NCBI GenBank assembly: GCA_000004695.1
Contig: CM000150.2
Location: 3,712,001-3,776,000, forward strand
Length of the DNA: 64,000 bases
Direction of reading: 5' to 3'
DNA from: Dictyostelium discoideum
Lineage: Eukaryota
In this document: piece by piece, positions 45,790 through 57,161 of the stretch
How positions within the stretch are numbered: position 1 is the stretch's first letter
Layout: each line of letters opens with the position of its first letter
Notes under the pieces: generated by a model
Databases searched by the model: none
What the model was told of the DNA's origin: nothing
The model's input: only the letters and a program-made list of their open reading frames with translations
Program-made: the position numbers and the translations under genes

Positions 45790-46740
45790 CGGGATAATAC
45801 CTAAAAGAAGAGAATTAAATTTAGCCAGAAGATTTATTAAAAAAAATAATAATAATTAATAAGTCATACTTTTTTTTTCATTATTTATGTTAGTAATACA
45901 TTGGCTCACAGCAAAGAAAATATCACATTTTCAATACCATAAAAATTAAAATTCTTTTTTACTGTAACATTTAATTTTCTTAAAAATGAAATTTTTAATT
46001 TTTAATTTACTTTAAAGTTTCATTTTAATGGTCATTTTAATGGTAAATGTAATTTAAATTATATTATTAATTATATTACTAATTATAATTTAACTAATAT
46101 TAATTATAATATCATTTAAATAACATTTAAATGACATTTAATTTTTAATGGTATTTAAATGATATTAAAAATATCATTTAAATTACATTTTATTTTAAAT
46201 GTCATTTTAATGCTGGATTTTCTTTGCTGTGCTGTATTATTAATCTACCAATACAATATTCAATAGTATATTTTTTAAAAAAAAGTAAAAGAATAGGATT
46301 TTGGTAACCTACCTAAAAAGAAGAGAATTAAATTTAACCAGAACGCGCTGGAACAGCCTTTCTTAATAAGTACAGCTAAAGGTTTATTTAAAAAACAATA
46401 ATAAAAATTAATAGGTCATACTTTTTTTTATTATTTTTTATCACAGCAAAGAAAATTTCACATTTTAATACCATTTAAATTACATTTAAATGTTCCAGTG
46501 AAAATGAAATTTAAATCTAGTTTAAAGTTTCATTTTAATGGTCATTTTAATGGTAAATGTAATTTAAATAATATTAATTACAATTTAAATGACATTTAAT
46601 TTTTAATGGTATTTAAATGATATTAAAACCATTTAAACTGCATTTTATTTTAAATGTCATTTTAATGCTGGATTTTCTTTGCTGTTCTGCATTATTTAAT
46701 CTACCAATACAATATTAAATAGTTTATTTTTTTTTTAAAA
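45790..46740. repeat. Two tandem copies, inverted relative to 27520-28260, of the unnamed interspersed repeat
   Basis: The units run approximately 45830-46330 and 46380-46740. Each contains cacagcaaagaaaat(a/t)tcacatttt...tttcattttaatggtcattttaatggtaaatgtaatttaaat...gctggattttctttgctgt(g/t)ctg(t/c)attat and ggtaacctacctaaaaagaagagaattaaatttaaccagaacgcgctggaacagcctttcttaataagtacagc. Confidence 0.7.
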
Positions 46741-46935
46741 AAATACTTACCAACTGGTGATAAAAAGAATATACATAAAAGTAATAAAAGAATTGTACCA
46801 CATGCACCCATTTTATATTTATTTTTTAGTTTTTTTTTATGTGAAAGTTTTTTTTAATTTAAAAATAGAATTTAATATGTTATAACTAATGATTGAAAAA
46901 AAAAAAAAAAAAAAATTATATTTGTTGGTTTAATC

Positions 46936-46966
<31 letters not shown>

Positions 46967-47692
46967 AATAAATAAATAAAAAGAAAAAAAAAAAAAAAAG
47001 GGGTGCGGTTTAGTTAAAAAAGTCAAAATCTAATTATTTGAAAAATTTTAATATGGGGTTAAAACACCGTTAACTTAAAGGATGACCAATATAATTCATA
47101 ATAATATAACCAAACATTAATCCTTTTTTTAGAAAATCCACTAAATATTTTTTTTTTTATTTTTTTATTTTTTTTTTTTAATATTTTTAATTTTTTTTGA
47201 TTTTTTTTTTTTTGATTTGGAAAAAAAGACTTTCAACTATTCTTTAAATCCCAGTGCTTTTCCGCTAATAAAATGAATATTCATTATTATAAAAATAACC
47301 TCAAATTTAAATTTTTTTTTTTTTTTTAATTTTATGTTTTTTATTTTTAATTTTTTTTTTTTTTTTTTTAAAATGATTTAATTATTTGAATAAAAATTTC
47401 AGATTCTCTCTAAGTTTATTTTAATAAACCAAATTTCAAATTTTTTAGGCTTTATTTTATAAAAAAAGATTATATTTTAAAATTAATGGGTATTTTAAAT
47501 TTCAAAACACATTCACCAATTCAACACAACACAAATTATTTTTTATCATTAAAATAATAAAAAATAATTTGATGATAACACACAAATTTTTTTTTTTAAA
47601 TAATCAATTAAATATAAAATGAAAAAGTTTTGCTTTTTGGTGGTGTAATGTTTAAACACAATATTTGTTGATTTTTTATTTTTTTTTTTTTT

Positions 47693-47757
47693 TTGTTTTT
47701 TTATAAGGTTGGATATAAAAATTTGAAATTTTTATATCCAACCTTATAAAATAACAA
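47693..47757. repeat. A 53-bp near-perfect palindrome (hairpin) centred on a single G
   Basis: ttataaggttggatataaaaattt g aaatttttatatccaaccttataa. The arms are exact reverse complements. A comparatively GC-rich 70-nt stretch follows it (ctaaagtgcgctggttggttagcaatggcctcg...). Confidence 0.85.
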
Positions 47758-48119
47758 CACTAAAGTGCGCTGGTTGGTTAGCAATGGCCTCGTTTAATTT
47801 CAAGTCATACATGTATGCATCAAAACAAAAAAATTTAAAAACTGATTGTCTGAAAATGTGATTCAGTTGCACGCATTTTTTTTCAAAAAAAAAAAACAAA
47901 AAAAAAGTTGAAAAAAAAATTAAAAAAAAAAAAAAAAATTCTTATAAAAGGGAAAAAAAAATAAATAAAATTTTTTAACGGTTTTTTTTTAAAAACTGCA
48001 AATAAAAATAAAATCTAGACTGTTTTGTGGTTATAATGAATATTTATTTATATTTCTTTGATTTTTTTTTTTTTAAATTTTTCTATATTTCCTCTTTTAA
48101 AAAAACTGGAAAAAACTGG

Positions 48120-48620
48120 AATAATTCAAATTAGTTGGGTTTGGAGGGTAAAATAAAAAAAATTATGATTGGAGAAACCTCTCCCCCTTTTTTTAAAAAA
48201 GAGCGTAGGGGAGGGTAGTTTGTATGAGAAATTGAACTTTTCCACCCTTCTTTTGAAATTATTTAGTAAATATGTTTCGAATTGATAACTTTGTGATGCA
48301 ATTTTGAGATATGGTTTAATAGAAAAATTCCAGTATCCCAATGATATATTATTATTAAAATGGTAAAATTGCAAGGAAGGAAGGAACGTCACTCACCCCT
48401 TTTCTTTGAAAAAAAAAAGTTCCTCTTTTTGAAAAATTTTAGTAAAAGTAAAGTTTTGAACTGATACCATTGAGGTGCATTTATGCTAAATATATATTTA
48501 AATAGAAGAATTCTAGGGGAATCTAATGACATATTTCGCTTTTAGTGTTATGGTAAAATAAAAAATTATGGGGTAAGGACCTTCTGTAGTTTTCATGAGA
48601 AACTGCCCTTGTCCCCATTT
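48120..48620. repeat. About 2.5 tandem copies of a degenerate unit of roughly 190 bp that carries G/C-rich inverted-repeat cores
   Basis: The units start at about 48148, 48360 and 48551 (tggtaaaat(a)n...ttatgg...). The cores include cctctccccc(T8)(A6)gagcgtaggggaggg, which is a hairpin. The shared tail motifs are gtttcgaattgataactttgtgatgcaattttgagatatggtttaatagaaaaattccag and gttttgaactgataccattgaggtgcatttatgctaaatatatatttaaatagaagaattctag. Confidence 0.6.
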
Positions 48621-48743
48621 TTTTTTTTTATTTAAAATTGGATATATAAATTTTTTATTTTTTTATTTTTATTTTTATTTTTTTATTGACAAAGACACTG
48701 ACATATCTGATATTTTCATTTTCATTTTTTTTTTTTCATTCTA

Positions 48744-48792
<49 letters not shown>

Positions 48793-49224
48793 CAACAATT
48801 TAATTTTAAAATGAATTTATTGATAAATAGAGCAATCAAAAATAAACAAAATGATATGAAAAATAAAAAAATTAATGTAATTATATATTTTTTTTAAATT
48901 TTTTTTTTTTTAACTAAAATTATTTTTTCAGAATTTAATTATTTTTCATTTTAACAACGAGAGGGAATATATTTAAATAAAATAATAGATATTAAAAAAA
49001 CCAAAAATTGGTTGAGTTGGAATATTTTTTATTTATTTTAATGTCAAATTTGAATGTTTGAATAAATAAAATTAAAAAAAAAAAAAAAAAAACAATTTAA
49101 TCAATTTTTTATTAGTTTTTATTTAAAATCTATTTTTTTTTAATAAAATATCTTCCCTACTCTTTTTTCTTTAAAATAAAAATAATTACAAAAAACATAT
49201 GTTTAAAAATTAAATTCTAAAAAT

Positions 49225-49272
<48 letters not shown>

Positions 49273-49699
49273 GGAAATTATAAGCCCACCAAGATTTTTT
49301 GAAACATATCAATAATAATTTTGTTTGAAATTTCAATCGAAAATATTATACTTTCATTTTAGTATCAGTGAATATTTTTACTTTATCAATCACCAATAAA
49401 TCCTCTTGGGTAGTGGATACAATTGGACAAGCTTTCACAATTAAAAAGTGCTTAGTCTCTACGCAATATTGGTGATATTTTTAAAATAGAAAACAATATT
49501 ATAATAGTTTTTTTATTTATAAGAAAAATAATTTAAAAAAAGAAAAATCAATCGATTTAGAATCAACAAAACTTTTATCATTAAAATATAATAATAATCC
49601 AATTAAAGGTTGGTTATAACGAGAAAGTATTCAATTTACTTTCGATAGATTGTTTATTAATTTTATAGTTTCAAATGGTGATCTAAATTTATTTTTGGA

Positions 49700-50900
49700 T
49701 TTCCATTCATAAGAGAAATGTGCAAAAACTTCATTTCAAATCTTAAATCCAAAACCTTTTCAACATTTTCATCTATCTTTGGTTATTTTCAAAATAATAA
49801 AAATAATAATAATAATAATAATAATAAATTAATATTAGTATACCAAATACCAAAAAGTACAAAGAATATACTTTTAGATAATAATGGTAGACAAGCATTC
49901 ACCATAAAATATTTTTTTCAATTTCTATAAATATATTGGTGATGTATATGATAGAGAAAACACAATCATAAGTCATTTATTAATTTTCATTCACAAATCA
50001 ATTTCTGGTGTTCATGAACCTATCAATGGTAACCATTTATATATTTTAATAATTGCTTTTTTATTTATAATTTAATTTTGCAGACGATTACGTTGTAGTT
50101 GGTGGCGTCCATGCCGAGTATGCAATAAGGGTAATTCTTTCAATTCTTGGCATTGAATTTGATGAAATTAAGAACAATCATCAAATGAAAATTATTAGAA
50201 CTAAATTTCAAAAAAATAATGGTTCAATTAAAATAATTATTTTTTATTTTACCAATCATCCCTCAGACACACACAGGGATCCAATAGTTGATATTATTAA
50301 ATTTATATTATTGGTAGAATACTTTAATAATAATAATTGCAATAATAATAATATTATTATAAAATTAGATCAATCACTGTTGAAATCATTTATCAAAAAT
50401 TATCAAATTTTGTTCAAAAACCAAGTAGTGGTTGTGTGATGATTTAATAAATCATATTAATTTTACTGATAATGATGAATGCAATCATAGTTTCGTATAT
50501 TCACCAATCATCAATTTTAACATTTTCGAATCAATTTTAAAACCAACAGATTCAAAAATAACAAGTATTGATGATTCAACTTCCAGTGATTACCAATTTT
50601 AAAAAATGGAATTTTTAAAATTTCATTCAATAATATTATAACTTCAATTAAAACAACTTCAAGCAAATCACCGTCAACTAAATGGAATAACAAAGCAATC
50701 AAATATCACCCAAATAATGAAACAAAGCTTGCTACCAATGCTATATCTAGCATTTGAATATTTAGCAACTTTTATTTCGCCATTTTGGTCTGTCGAAAGA
50801 TCTTTCGACAAATTAAAAGGGCAAAACAAAAGTTATCAACTATTCAAAGAATAGACATAGTATCGATGCAAATTTAACTTTAGTTGATCTTGTCAAATTA
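49700..50900 (+). pseudogene. Copy 2 of the dispersed degenerate paralogue family; it shows frameshifts and premature stops
   Basis: The ORFs 49718..49930 and 50185..50439 are in different frames. The stretch ...YIGDVYDRENTIISHLLIFIHKSISGVHEPING, an intron-like segment, then DYVVVGGVHAEYAIRVILSILGIEFDEIKNNHQMKIIRTKFQKNNGSIKIIIFYFTNHPSDTHRDPIVDIIKFILLVEYF... is collinear with copy 3 (55965-56500). Its 3' part (50440-50900) is a decayed equivalent of copy 3's Cys-rich and zinc-finger region. Confidence 0.6.
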
Positions 50901-51158
50901 AATTAAATAATAAATAAAATAAAATAATTTGTTATTATTATAATTAAAAAAAAAAATAAAATATATTAAAATTTAATCAAATTATACCTTAATAATAAAA
51001 AAATAAAAAAAAAAAAAAGTCTACGAAATGTATTAAATCTACATAAAACCAATCGAGTATTGATTTGTAATAATATTTTTTTTTATTATATATATATAAT
51101 AGAGAATTTTCAAATATTGATATCTCTTTGTGATTTTTTTTTTTTTTTTAATAATAAT

Positions 51159-53064
51159 TTAAGTGAATTGATTTTCATTATTAAAAACATGAAGTTGTGG
51201 TTGTTGTTGAGGAGATGATTGGGCTTGTGGATTTTCATTATTAAAAACATGTTGTTGATGTTGTTGTTGTTGTTGTTGTTGTAAATGAACCTGTTGTTGT
51301 TGATGTTGATTTTGTTGAATTTGAATTTGGAATTGTTGCATTTGAATTAATTGATTCAATTGAGCCAACATAATTGATTGATTATCCTCAAGTGATTTAA
51401 TTTTAAGTTGTAAAGATTCAATGATTTTAATACTACTATTATCATTGTCATCACTTTTTGTTATCGTTGTAACATCACAATTGGATAGAGTTGATTTAAT
51501 CTCTTCAATGATTGAACTTTGTTGTGATGGTTGACTATCTTGACATTGAGATTGAATTGCTCTACGTTCTCTTCTCATTCTACTTAAAGTTTTAGCATAT
51601 TCGATATATTTCACACAAAACAATGCTTCCTTACTATTAAACATTGATCTATTTTGTGATATACTCATACTAGATTGCCATCTCCATCTTCTCCAAACCA
51701 ATTGAATTAATCTAGCTGCTGAATCTCTTTCTTTCTTTTGTGCTTCAACTAATGATACTAAATTTAATATTGGTCTTTGATGACTCGTTGCTTGAGTTAA
51801 TCTTGCAAAACTTTCAATTACAAATGATAATAATAATAAACCAAAAATACATGCAACCTAAATAAATATTATATATAAAAAATATATATATATATATATA
51901 TTAGTAATGATTTCTTTAAAATTTTAAATAATAAATATTTAAAAATGAATATTTACAATTGCAGCAAATCTACCACCAAAAGTTTGTGGATTATATTCAT
52001 CATAGGTATCAGTTGGCCAACCAGTGATCATAGAGAGAAAAGAGATATAGACAGAAACAGCAAAAGTGAATAGTTCATTTCTCTCCCTTTCAAAGACATA
52101 CATCCATTGACCAGTAACAGCCAATGTGAAAATTGTGAATGTTAAATAAGTGAGAATTGGTGCTATTGAAATGATATATTTTAAACTTAGTGTCCAATTG
52201 AATTTTGGAGCTACATCACGTAACAACTGCTTTTGAATATGGAATCTAAGTTTATAAACTGGACTGAAATCACGAAGAATTCTACAAAATAAATATAATC
52301 TTAACCACATTAATAAACCCCATTTGGAATCTTTATACCATGCATTCTCACCAGATACAAATGGTAATGGTTGTAATGAACAAACTAATATTTCACACCA
52401 AAATAATGGACCTAATTTAGTTGATTTTAAAACATTTACTCTTGTAACCCTAAATCCTCTTGCTCTCTTTGTTAACCAATCATGTGTTACCTCTGATAAT
52501 AATAATAAATAATAATCAACTAACTGAGTACCTAAAAAAAATAAAAAAAAAAATAAAAAAGTTAAAAAACAAATATTAACATAAATAAATACAAAAAAAA
52601 AAATACATACATAAAATTAAATTTAAAATGAATATGATTGCTCTTAATATTTTTGTTGATTTATTAATTTCCAATGAATGATTTTCAACACTCCATGATA
52701 ATTGTAATTCTGTGCACATTAACGAAACACCAATCATGCCATTAATCATAATGAGTACATATCTATGTCTAAGGATTCTATCTGTATTTTCTGATCTTAT
52801 TTCACTAAAATCATTTTTTTGGAAAAATACCAAAGGTTGTGAAAAGAAGAGAAAAAAGAGGAGAGAAAAAAAAAAAAAAAAAAAAAAAAAGCATTATGTT
52901 AATATTAAATCTTTTTTTTTTTTTTTTTTTTTTTTTTCCCAGTTCGAAAAATTGTTCTCTTACCTATATTTGTCAATATTACTTAATGATTTTTCTAAAA
53001 TTGGTAATTCTGATTCAGAATCTTTTAACCTTTGCAGATTGATAAGTGCTTTTCTTCTTGACAT
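51159..53064 (-). CDS. SK/IK-like (KCNN-family) six-transmembrane cation channel with a calmodulin-binding-domain-like tail, about 522 aa. The pore loop lacks the canonical GYG K+ selectivity filter
   Basis: Four exons on the minus strand: 53064..52964 (donor GTAAGA, phase 2), 52804..52611 (donor GTATGT, phase 1), 52531..51957 (donor GTAAAT) and 51857..51159; total 1569 nt. SK-channel signature blocks: SLMCTELQLSWSVENHS (SK S1: VIETELSWGLYSKDS), PLFWCEILVCSLQPLP, GLLMWLRLYLFCRILRDFSPVYKL (SK S4: [22 protein letters not shown]), TIFTLAVTGQWMYVFERE, and the pore and S6 stretch FAVSVYISFLSMITGWPTDTYDEYNPQTFGGRFAAIVACIFGLLLLSFVIESFARL. The tail has SAARLIQLVWRRWRW followed by a poly-Q region. Confidence 0.75.
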
Positions 53065-53267
53065 TATAAATTATAAAAAAAAAAATAGCCTTGACACTAC
53101 TACCCCCAATGTAACGAAATAATAATTATATGGTGTGGTTGCTATAGTAATAATATATAGTTATAATAACTTGATTTGTTGCTTCTTTTTTTTTTTTTTT
53201 TTTTTTTTGATTTCTTATGTAATTATTAGATTGTTGCGTATATAAATAAAAATATATATATATAAAT

Positions 53268-53287
53268 GTTTGTGTGTGTGTGTGTGG
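53268..53287. repeat. (TG)10 microsatellite
   Basis: Read directly in the sequence. Confidence 0.9.
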
Positions 53288-54206
53288 TATGAAAGTGTTC
53301 TATTTAAATTTATTTTTTATTTTTTATGTGTATGGTGTGTATGATGAATTATTTGTTTTTTTATTTATTTATTTTTATTTGTTTGTTTGTTTATTTTGTT
53401 TATTTACTGTGTCTTTAATAAAATGTAATCCTATTAAAAAAACAAGATGTTAAATATAAAAATACCCATACATAGTGGTAGTAGTGTAAGAAAATAAAGA
53501 AAGAGAAGAAAAAGGAGATAAAATTGTTGAAATACTATATATAATTATATAGTTATATATAGCAAAAATAAATAAAATAATAAAAAAAAAGGTTAAGCGA
53601 ATAATAAAAAAAAAAAAAAAAAATTAAAAAAAAAAAAAAAATTAAAAAAAAAAAAAAAAATTATTTTTAAAATTTGACCGATAACACTCTATTTCTAGGA
53701 GTGTAAAAAAAATAAAAAAAAATAAAAAAAAATAAAAAAAATAAAAAAAATAAAAAAAAAATAAAAAAAAGGTTATTTTCTGTGATAAAATAAAAAAAGA
53801 AAAATAAAAAATAAAAAAAATAAAAAATAAAAAATAAAAAAAAAATCAATTATGTTAAAAATTTGTTTCAAAGAAATAAAAGGATAATGATTAATGGTAT
53901 TGTTAATTAATTCCTACCTATCTGTGTCAATACATATATTCATCATATACAAATCAGTTAATAAATAAATTTATTATAAATTTGTTTTATAAATACACAA
54001 TGACGTAAATTATAATATGAATAAAATAAAATAATAAATAATTTAAAAAAAAAAAAAAAAAAAAACATTCACTATAAAAGTAAGATAAAAAATAAAATTA
54101 TTTATTTATAAAATAATATAAAAAGTAATAATAAAAGAAATAAAATAATAATAATAAAAATAATAATTGAAAAAATAAAAATAAAAAAAATAAAAATTAA
54201 ATAATA

Positions 54207-54797
54207 ATGGATCAGCCACAACAACAACAACAAAATCAAGTTATAGATAATCAAGGTAGTAGTAATAATAATAGTAGTAGTAATAATAATAATAATAATG
54301 GTGGAATTAAGCATAAAAAAAGATTTCAAGTTGAAAATGCAATAATGGGAATGATATTTTTTGGATTATCAATATTTTTAATAATTTATGGTATAGTTCA
54401 AATTGCAGTTGCAAGTGGTAAAGATGATATTTCATCACGTCATACATGGGCATTTACAGTTAATGGTATTTTCTGTTTAATTACTGGTTTTCATGGATTC
54501 TTTTTATTATTCCATAAAAGAGGTAGTGCAAAACATCATGTATTGTTAAATATTATATTGGTAGCTCAAGCATTCATTCTATTTATCATTTATTCAGCAT
54601 TGGTTCACCGTTATATCAATAGAGATTGTGGTGGTGAATTTTATCAAAATCCATATTGCGTTCACGATCATAAAGTTTATATAGGAATTTCATTGGCTAT
54701 ATTTTGGGCTGTCAATATCTTTACTTTACCATTCTCTTTAATTTGCTCAATTATTCATTTGAGAAATCAAAATCATCATAATGTTGAAAATGTTTAA
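54207..54797 (+). CDS. Small four-transmembrane membrane protein (196 aa) with an N-terminal poly-Q/N tract; function unknown
   Basis: A single ORF with four hydrophobic helices (IMGMIFFGLSIFLIIYGIVQIAV; WAFTVNGIFCLITGFHGFFLLF; VLLNIILVAQAFILFIIYSALV; IGISLAIFWAVNIFTLPFSLICSII). Its amino-acid composition is non-repetitive. Confidence 0.55.
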   Translation: MDQPQQQQQNQVIDNQGSSNNNSSSNNNNNNGGIKHKKRFQVENAIMGMIFFGLSIFLIIYGIVQIAVASGKDDISSRHTWAFTVNGIFCLITGFHGFFLLFHKRGSAKHHVLLNIILVAQAFILFIIYSALVHRYINRDCGGEFYQNPYCVHDHKVYIGISLAIFWAVNIFTLPFSLICSIIHLRNQNHHNVENV

Positions 54798-55513
54798 ACG
54801 CACACACATACAACACAAATCACAAAGATAAATAAATCCTTTCAAATTCAATCGAATATATTTCTTTTTTTTTTTTTTTTTTATTTTAAAAAATTAAAAA
54901 ATTAAAAAATAAATATAAATAAAAATAAATTCAAAAATTTTTTTTTTTTTTTTTTCTTATTATTTTGTATAAATTTAATATGTTTTATTTTATTTTTGTT
55001 GATTAATTATAATTGTAAAAATATTAAATTGATTTGAAATTTTTAATTTAAATGACTGATGAATGTTTCAAAACTTTTATCATTGAATTAAAATATAATT
55101 ATATATTAAAGGCTGGATATATATTAAAAACTCTAATTGATTTTAATAGATTGAAAAATTAGATTATAATTTCTGATGGTGATTAAAGTTTAGTTGATAC
55201 TGAGTTGTGGTATACAAATATCACTAATGAATAGAACCTCAAAAAACAACCTTGTATAACACATATCAACACCAATTGAACTTTATTCTCCCAACAAAAA
55301 ATTAAAAATTCAATAAACAATCCATCAAAAGAAATTGCAATTTTTCCTCTATATCCAACCTTTAATATAATTGTTGCATATGGCAAAAGTTTTGTTGTTT
55401 CTAAAGCTATGATATTATTATTATTATTATTAATATTATTTTGTAAATATGAAAAAAAAAAAAAAAAAAAAAAATTTATTATTTTACAATAAATCATCTA
55501 TTTTTATAATAAA

Positions 55514-55807
55514 ATGTCAACCAATATAAATTTTAAAGACATGAGTTCTTATAAATATTTATCAAAACTTAAAGTTATTGATAAAGATTTTATAATTAAA
55601 TGTTTAAACATGGCGAGTAAAAAGGATGAACTTTCTTTAATTTTAGATTCAACAATAGATTTACCATTTAAGTTTAGTGATATTAGTATAACTGGTTGGA
55701 AATATAATGAAAAGATTCCATTTACATTGGATTACCAAAAATTTGACGAGTATACCATTTATCTACGTCGATTAGCCATAAATCTCCATATGCAACCAAG
55801 AATTTAA
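55514..55807 (+). CDS. Hypothetical 97-aa ORF immediately upstream of copy 3 of the paralogue family; it may be that family's 5' exon
   Basis: The peptide MSTNINFKDMSSYKYLSKLKVIDKDFIIKCLNMASKKDELSLILDSTIDLPFKFSDISITGWKYNEKIPFTLDYQKFDEYTIYLRRLAINLHMQPRI has non-repetitive composition. Confidence 0.3.
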   Translation: MSTNINFKDMSSYKYLSKLKVIDKDFIIKCLNMASKKDELSLILDSTIDLPFKFSDISITGWKYNEKIPFTLDYQKFDEYTIYLRRLAINLHMQPRI

Positions 55808-55839
55808 TAAACAACTACTCCATTCATTAGAGAACTTAT

Positions 55840-57000
55840 AAAAGAATCTATTTTAAACTTAAAATCAAATAAATTTTCAACATTTTCATCAGTTTTTCAA
55901 AGTTTTCATCATAATTCCAATAAAAGGATAATTTTTTTAAACCAATCAAAAAAATAAAGATTGGATGAAATTATATTACTATGGTTACGAACAATCTTCA
56001 GTTATAAAAGAAGTATTTGAATTTTACAAATATATTGGTGATGAATATGAAAGAGAAAACACAATAGTAATGGATCTTTTATTTTTTATTGGTGGAACCA
56101 ACTCTGGTATTCAAGATTCAATCAATGGTAATCACATTTACATTTTAATGATAGTTTTTTTATTCTTAATAGAATTGGCCGATTATTTTATCGTGGTTGG
56201 TGGTGCTCACGCTCAATAAGCAATTAAGTTAATATTATCAATTTTGAAAATTGAAGTTGAACAAATTCAAAACAATCATAAAATGAAATTTATAAGAATC
56301 AAATTTCAAAGCAATAATGGTTCATTTAAATCAATCATTTTTTATTTCTCCAGCTATCCATCAGATTTAAGTATAGATCCAGTCATTGATATCATTAAAT
56401 TTAGATTATTGGTAGAATACTTGATTTATCAAATAATAATAATAATCAAAATAATAATAATAATATCATTGAATTTGAAGAATCATTAATTAATTCAGTA
56501 TATCAAAGTTTATTTCAATTTGTACAAAAACCAAGTATTAGTTGCGTTAATTGTGGTGCTTATGAAAGTGTAACCAATGATTGCTGTCACAGATTCGTAT
56601 ATTCACCAATCTTTGAATTTAATATTTTCAAATCAATTTAAAAATCAACACCTACAACTACTACAACAACAACAACTGATAATTCAATTTCTAATCAATT
56701 GGATTCAACAATATTAAAAAATGGTATTTTTAAAATTTCATTCAATAACCTTGAAAAACCATCACCAAAAGAACAATTTTTAGCACAATATCCAAGATTA
56801 AAGATTTCATCAATTTTTAATACAATCAAATCTTCATTTCAATCAACAGATAATAAGCATTATTGTGGTTATTTAAAATGTAATTCAAGTTTTGATGATG
56901 TTGACAGGTTATCACTCCACATGGTGAAAGAACATCCATGTGATGAAACACCACCTGGTTCAAAATTCTTTATTATTAGAGGTGGATCAAACAATTGAAC
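55840..57000 (+). pseudogene. Copy 3, the most complete, of the dispersed paralogue family. It ends in a C2H2-like zinc finger. An in-frame stop and a microsatellite frameshift suggest a pseudogene or sequence variant
   Basis: The ORFs 55965..56219, 56244..56489 and 56699..56998 are collinear with copy 2. The stretch ...VVGGAHAQ*AIKLILSIL has TAA where copies 1 and 2 have TAT (Tyr). A +/-1 frameshift sits inside an (ATA/AAT)n run. Downstream are SISCVNCGAYESVTNDCCHRFVYSPIFEF and ...HYCGYLKCNSSFDDVDRLSLHMVKEHPCDE (C-x4-C...H-x4-H). Confidence 0.55.
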
Positions 57001-57161
57001 AACAAAGATTAAATCAACCAACTGAAGAAATTATTTATTTTTTTTTTTTTTTTATTCAAATAATTATTGCTTTTTTTTTTTTTTTTTTCAAGGTTTTTAG
57101 TATAATTAATTAATAAATTTATTTTTATTTTTTTATTTTTTTTATCAATTATTAATAAAAT

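Noticed and set aside
50082-50400. A BTB/POZ-domain assignment for the paralogue family (VVGGxHAEYAIRV...DIIKFxLLVEY)
   Set aside because: The resemblance to the BTB core (VVGGxxFxAHRxVLAA...LLxFxYTG) is superficial, and the spacing does not fit. I have left the family unnamed.
53667-54329. The poly-Phe/Ile ORFs 53667..53849 and 54102..54329 on the minus strand
   Set aside because: Low-complexity A/T-run artefacts in the promoter region between the channel gene and the 4-TM gene.
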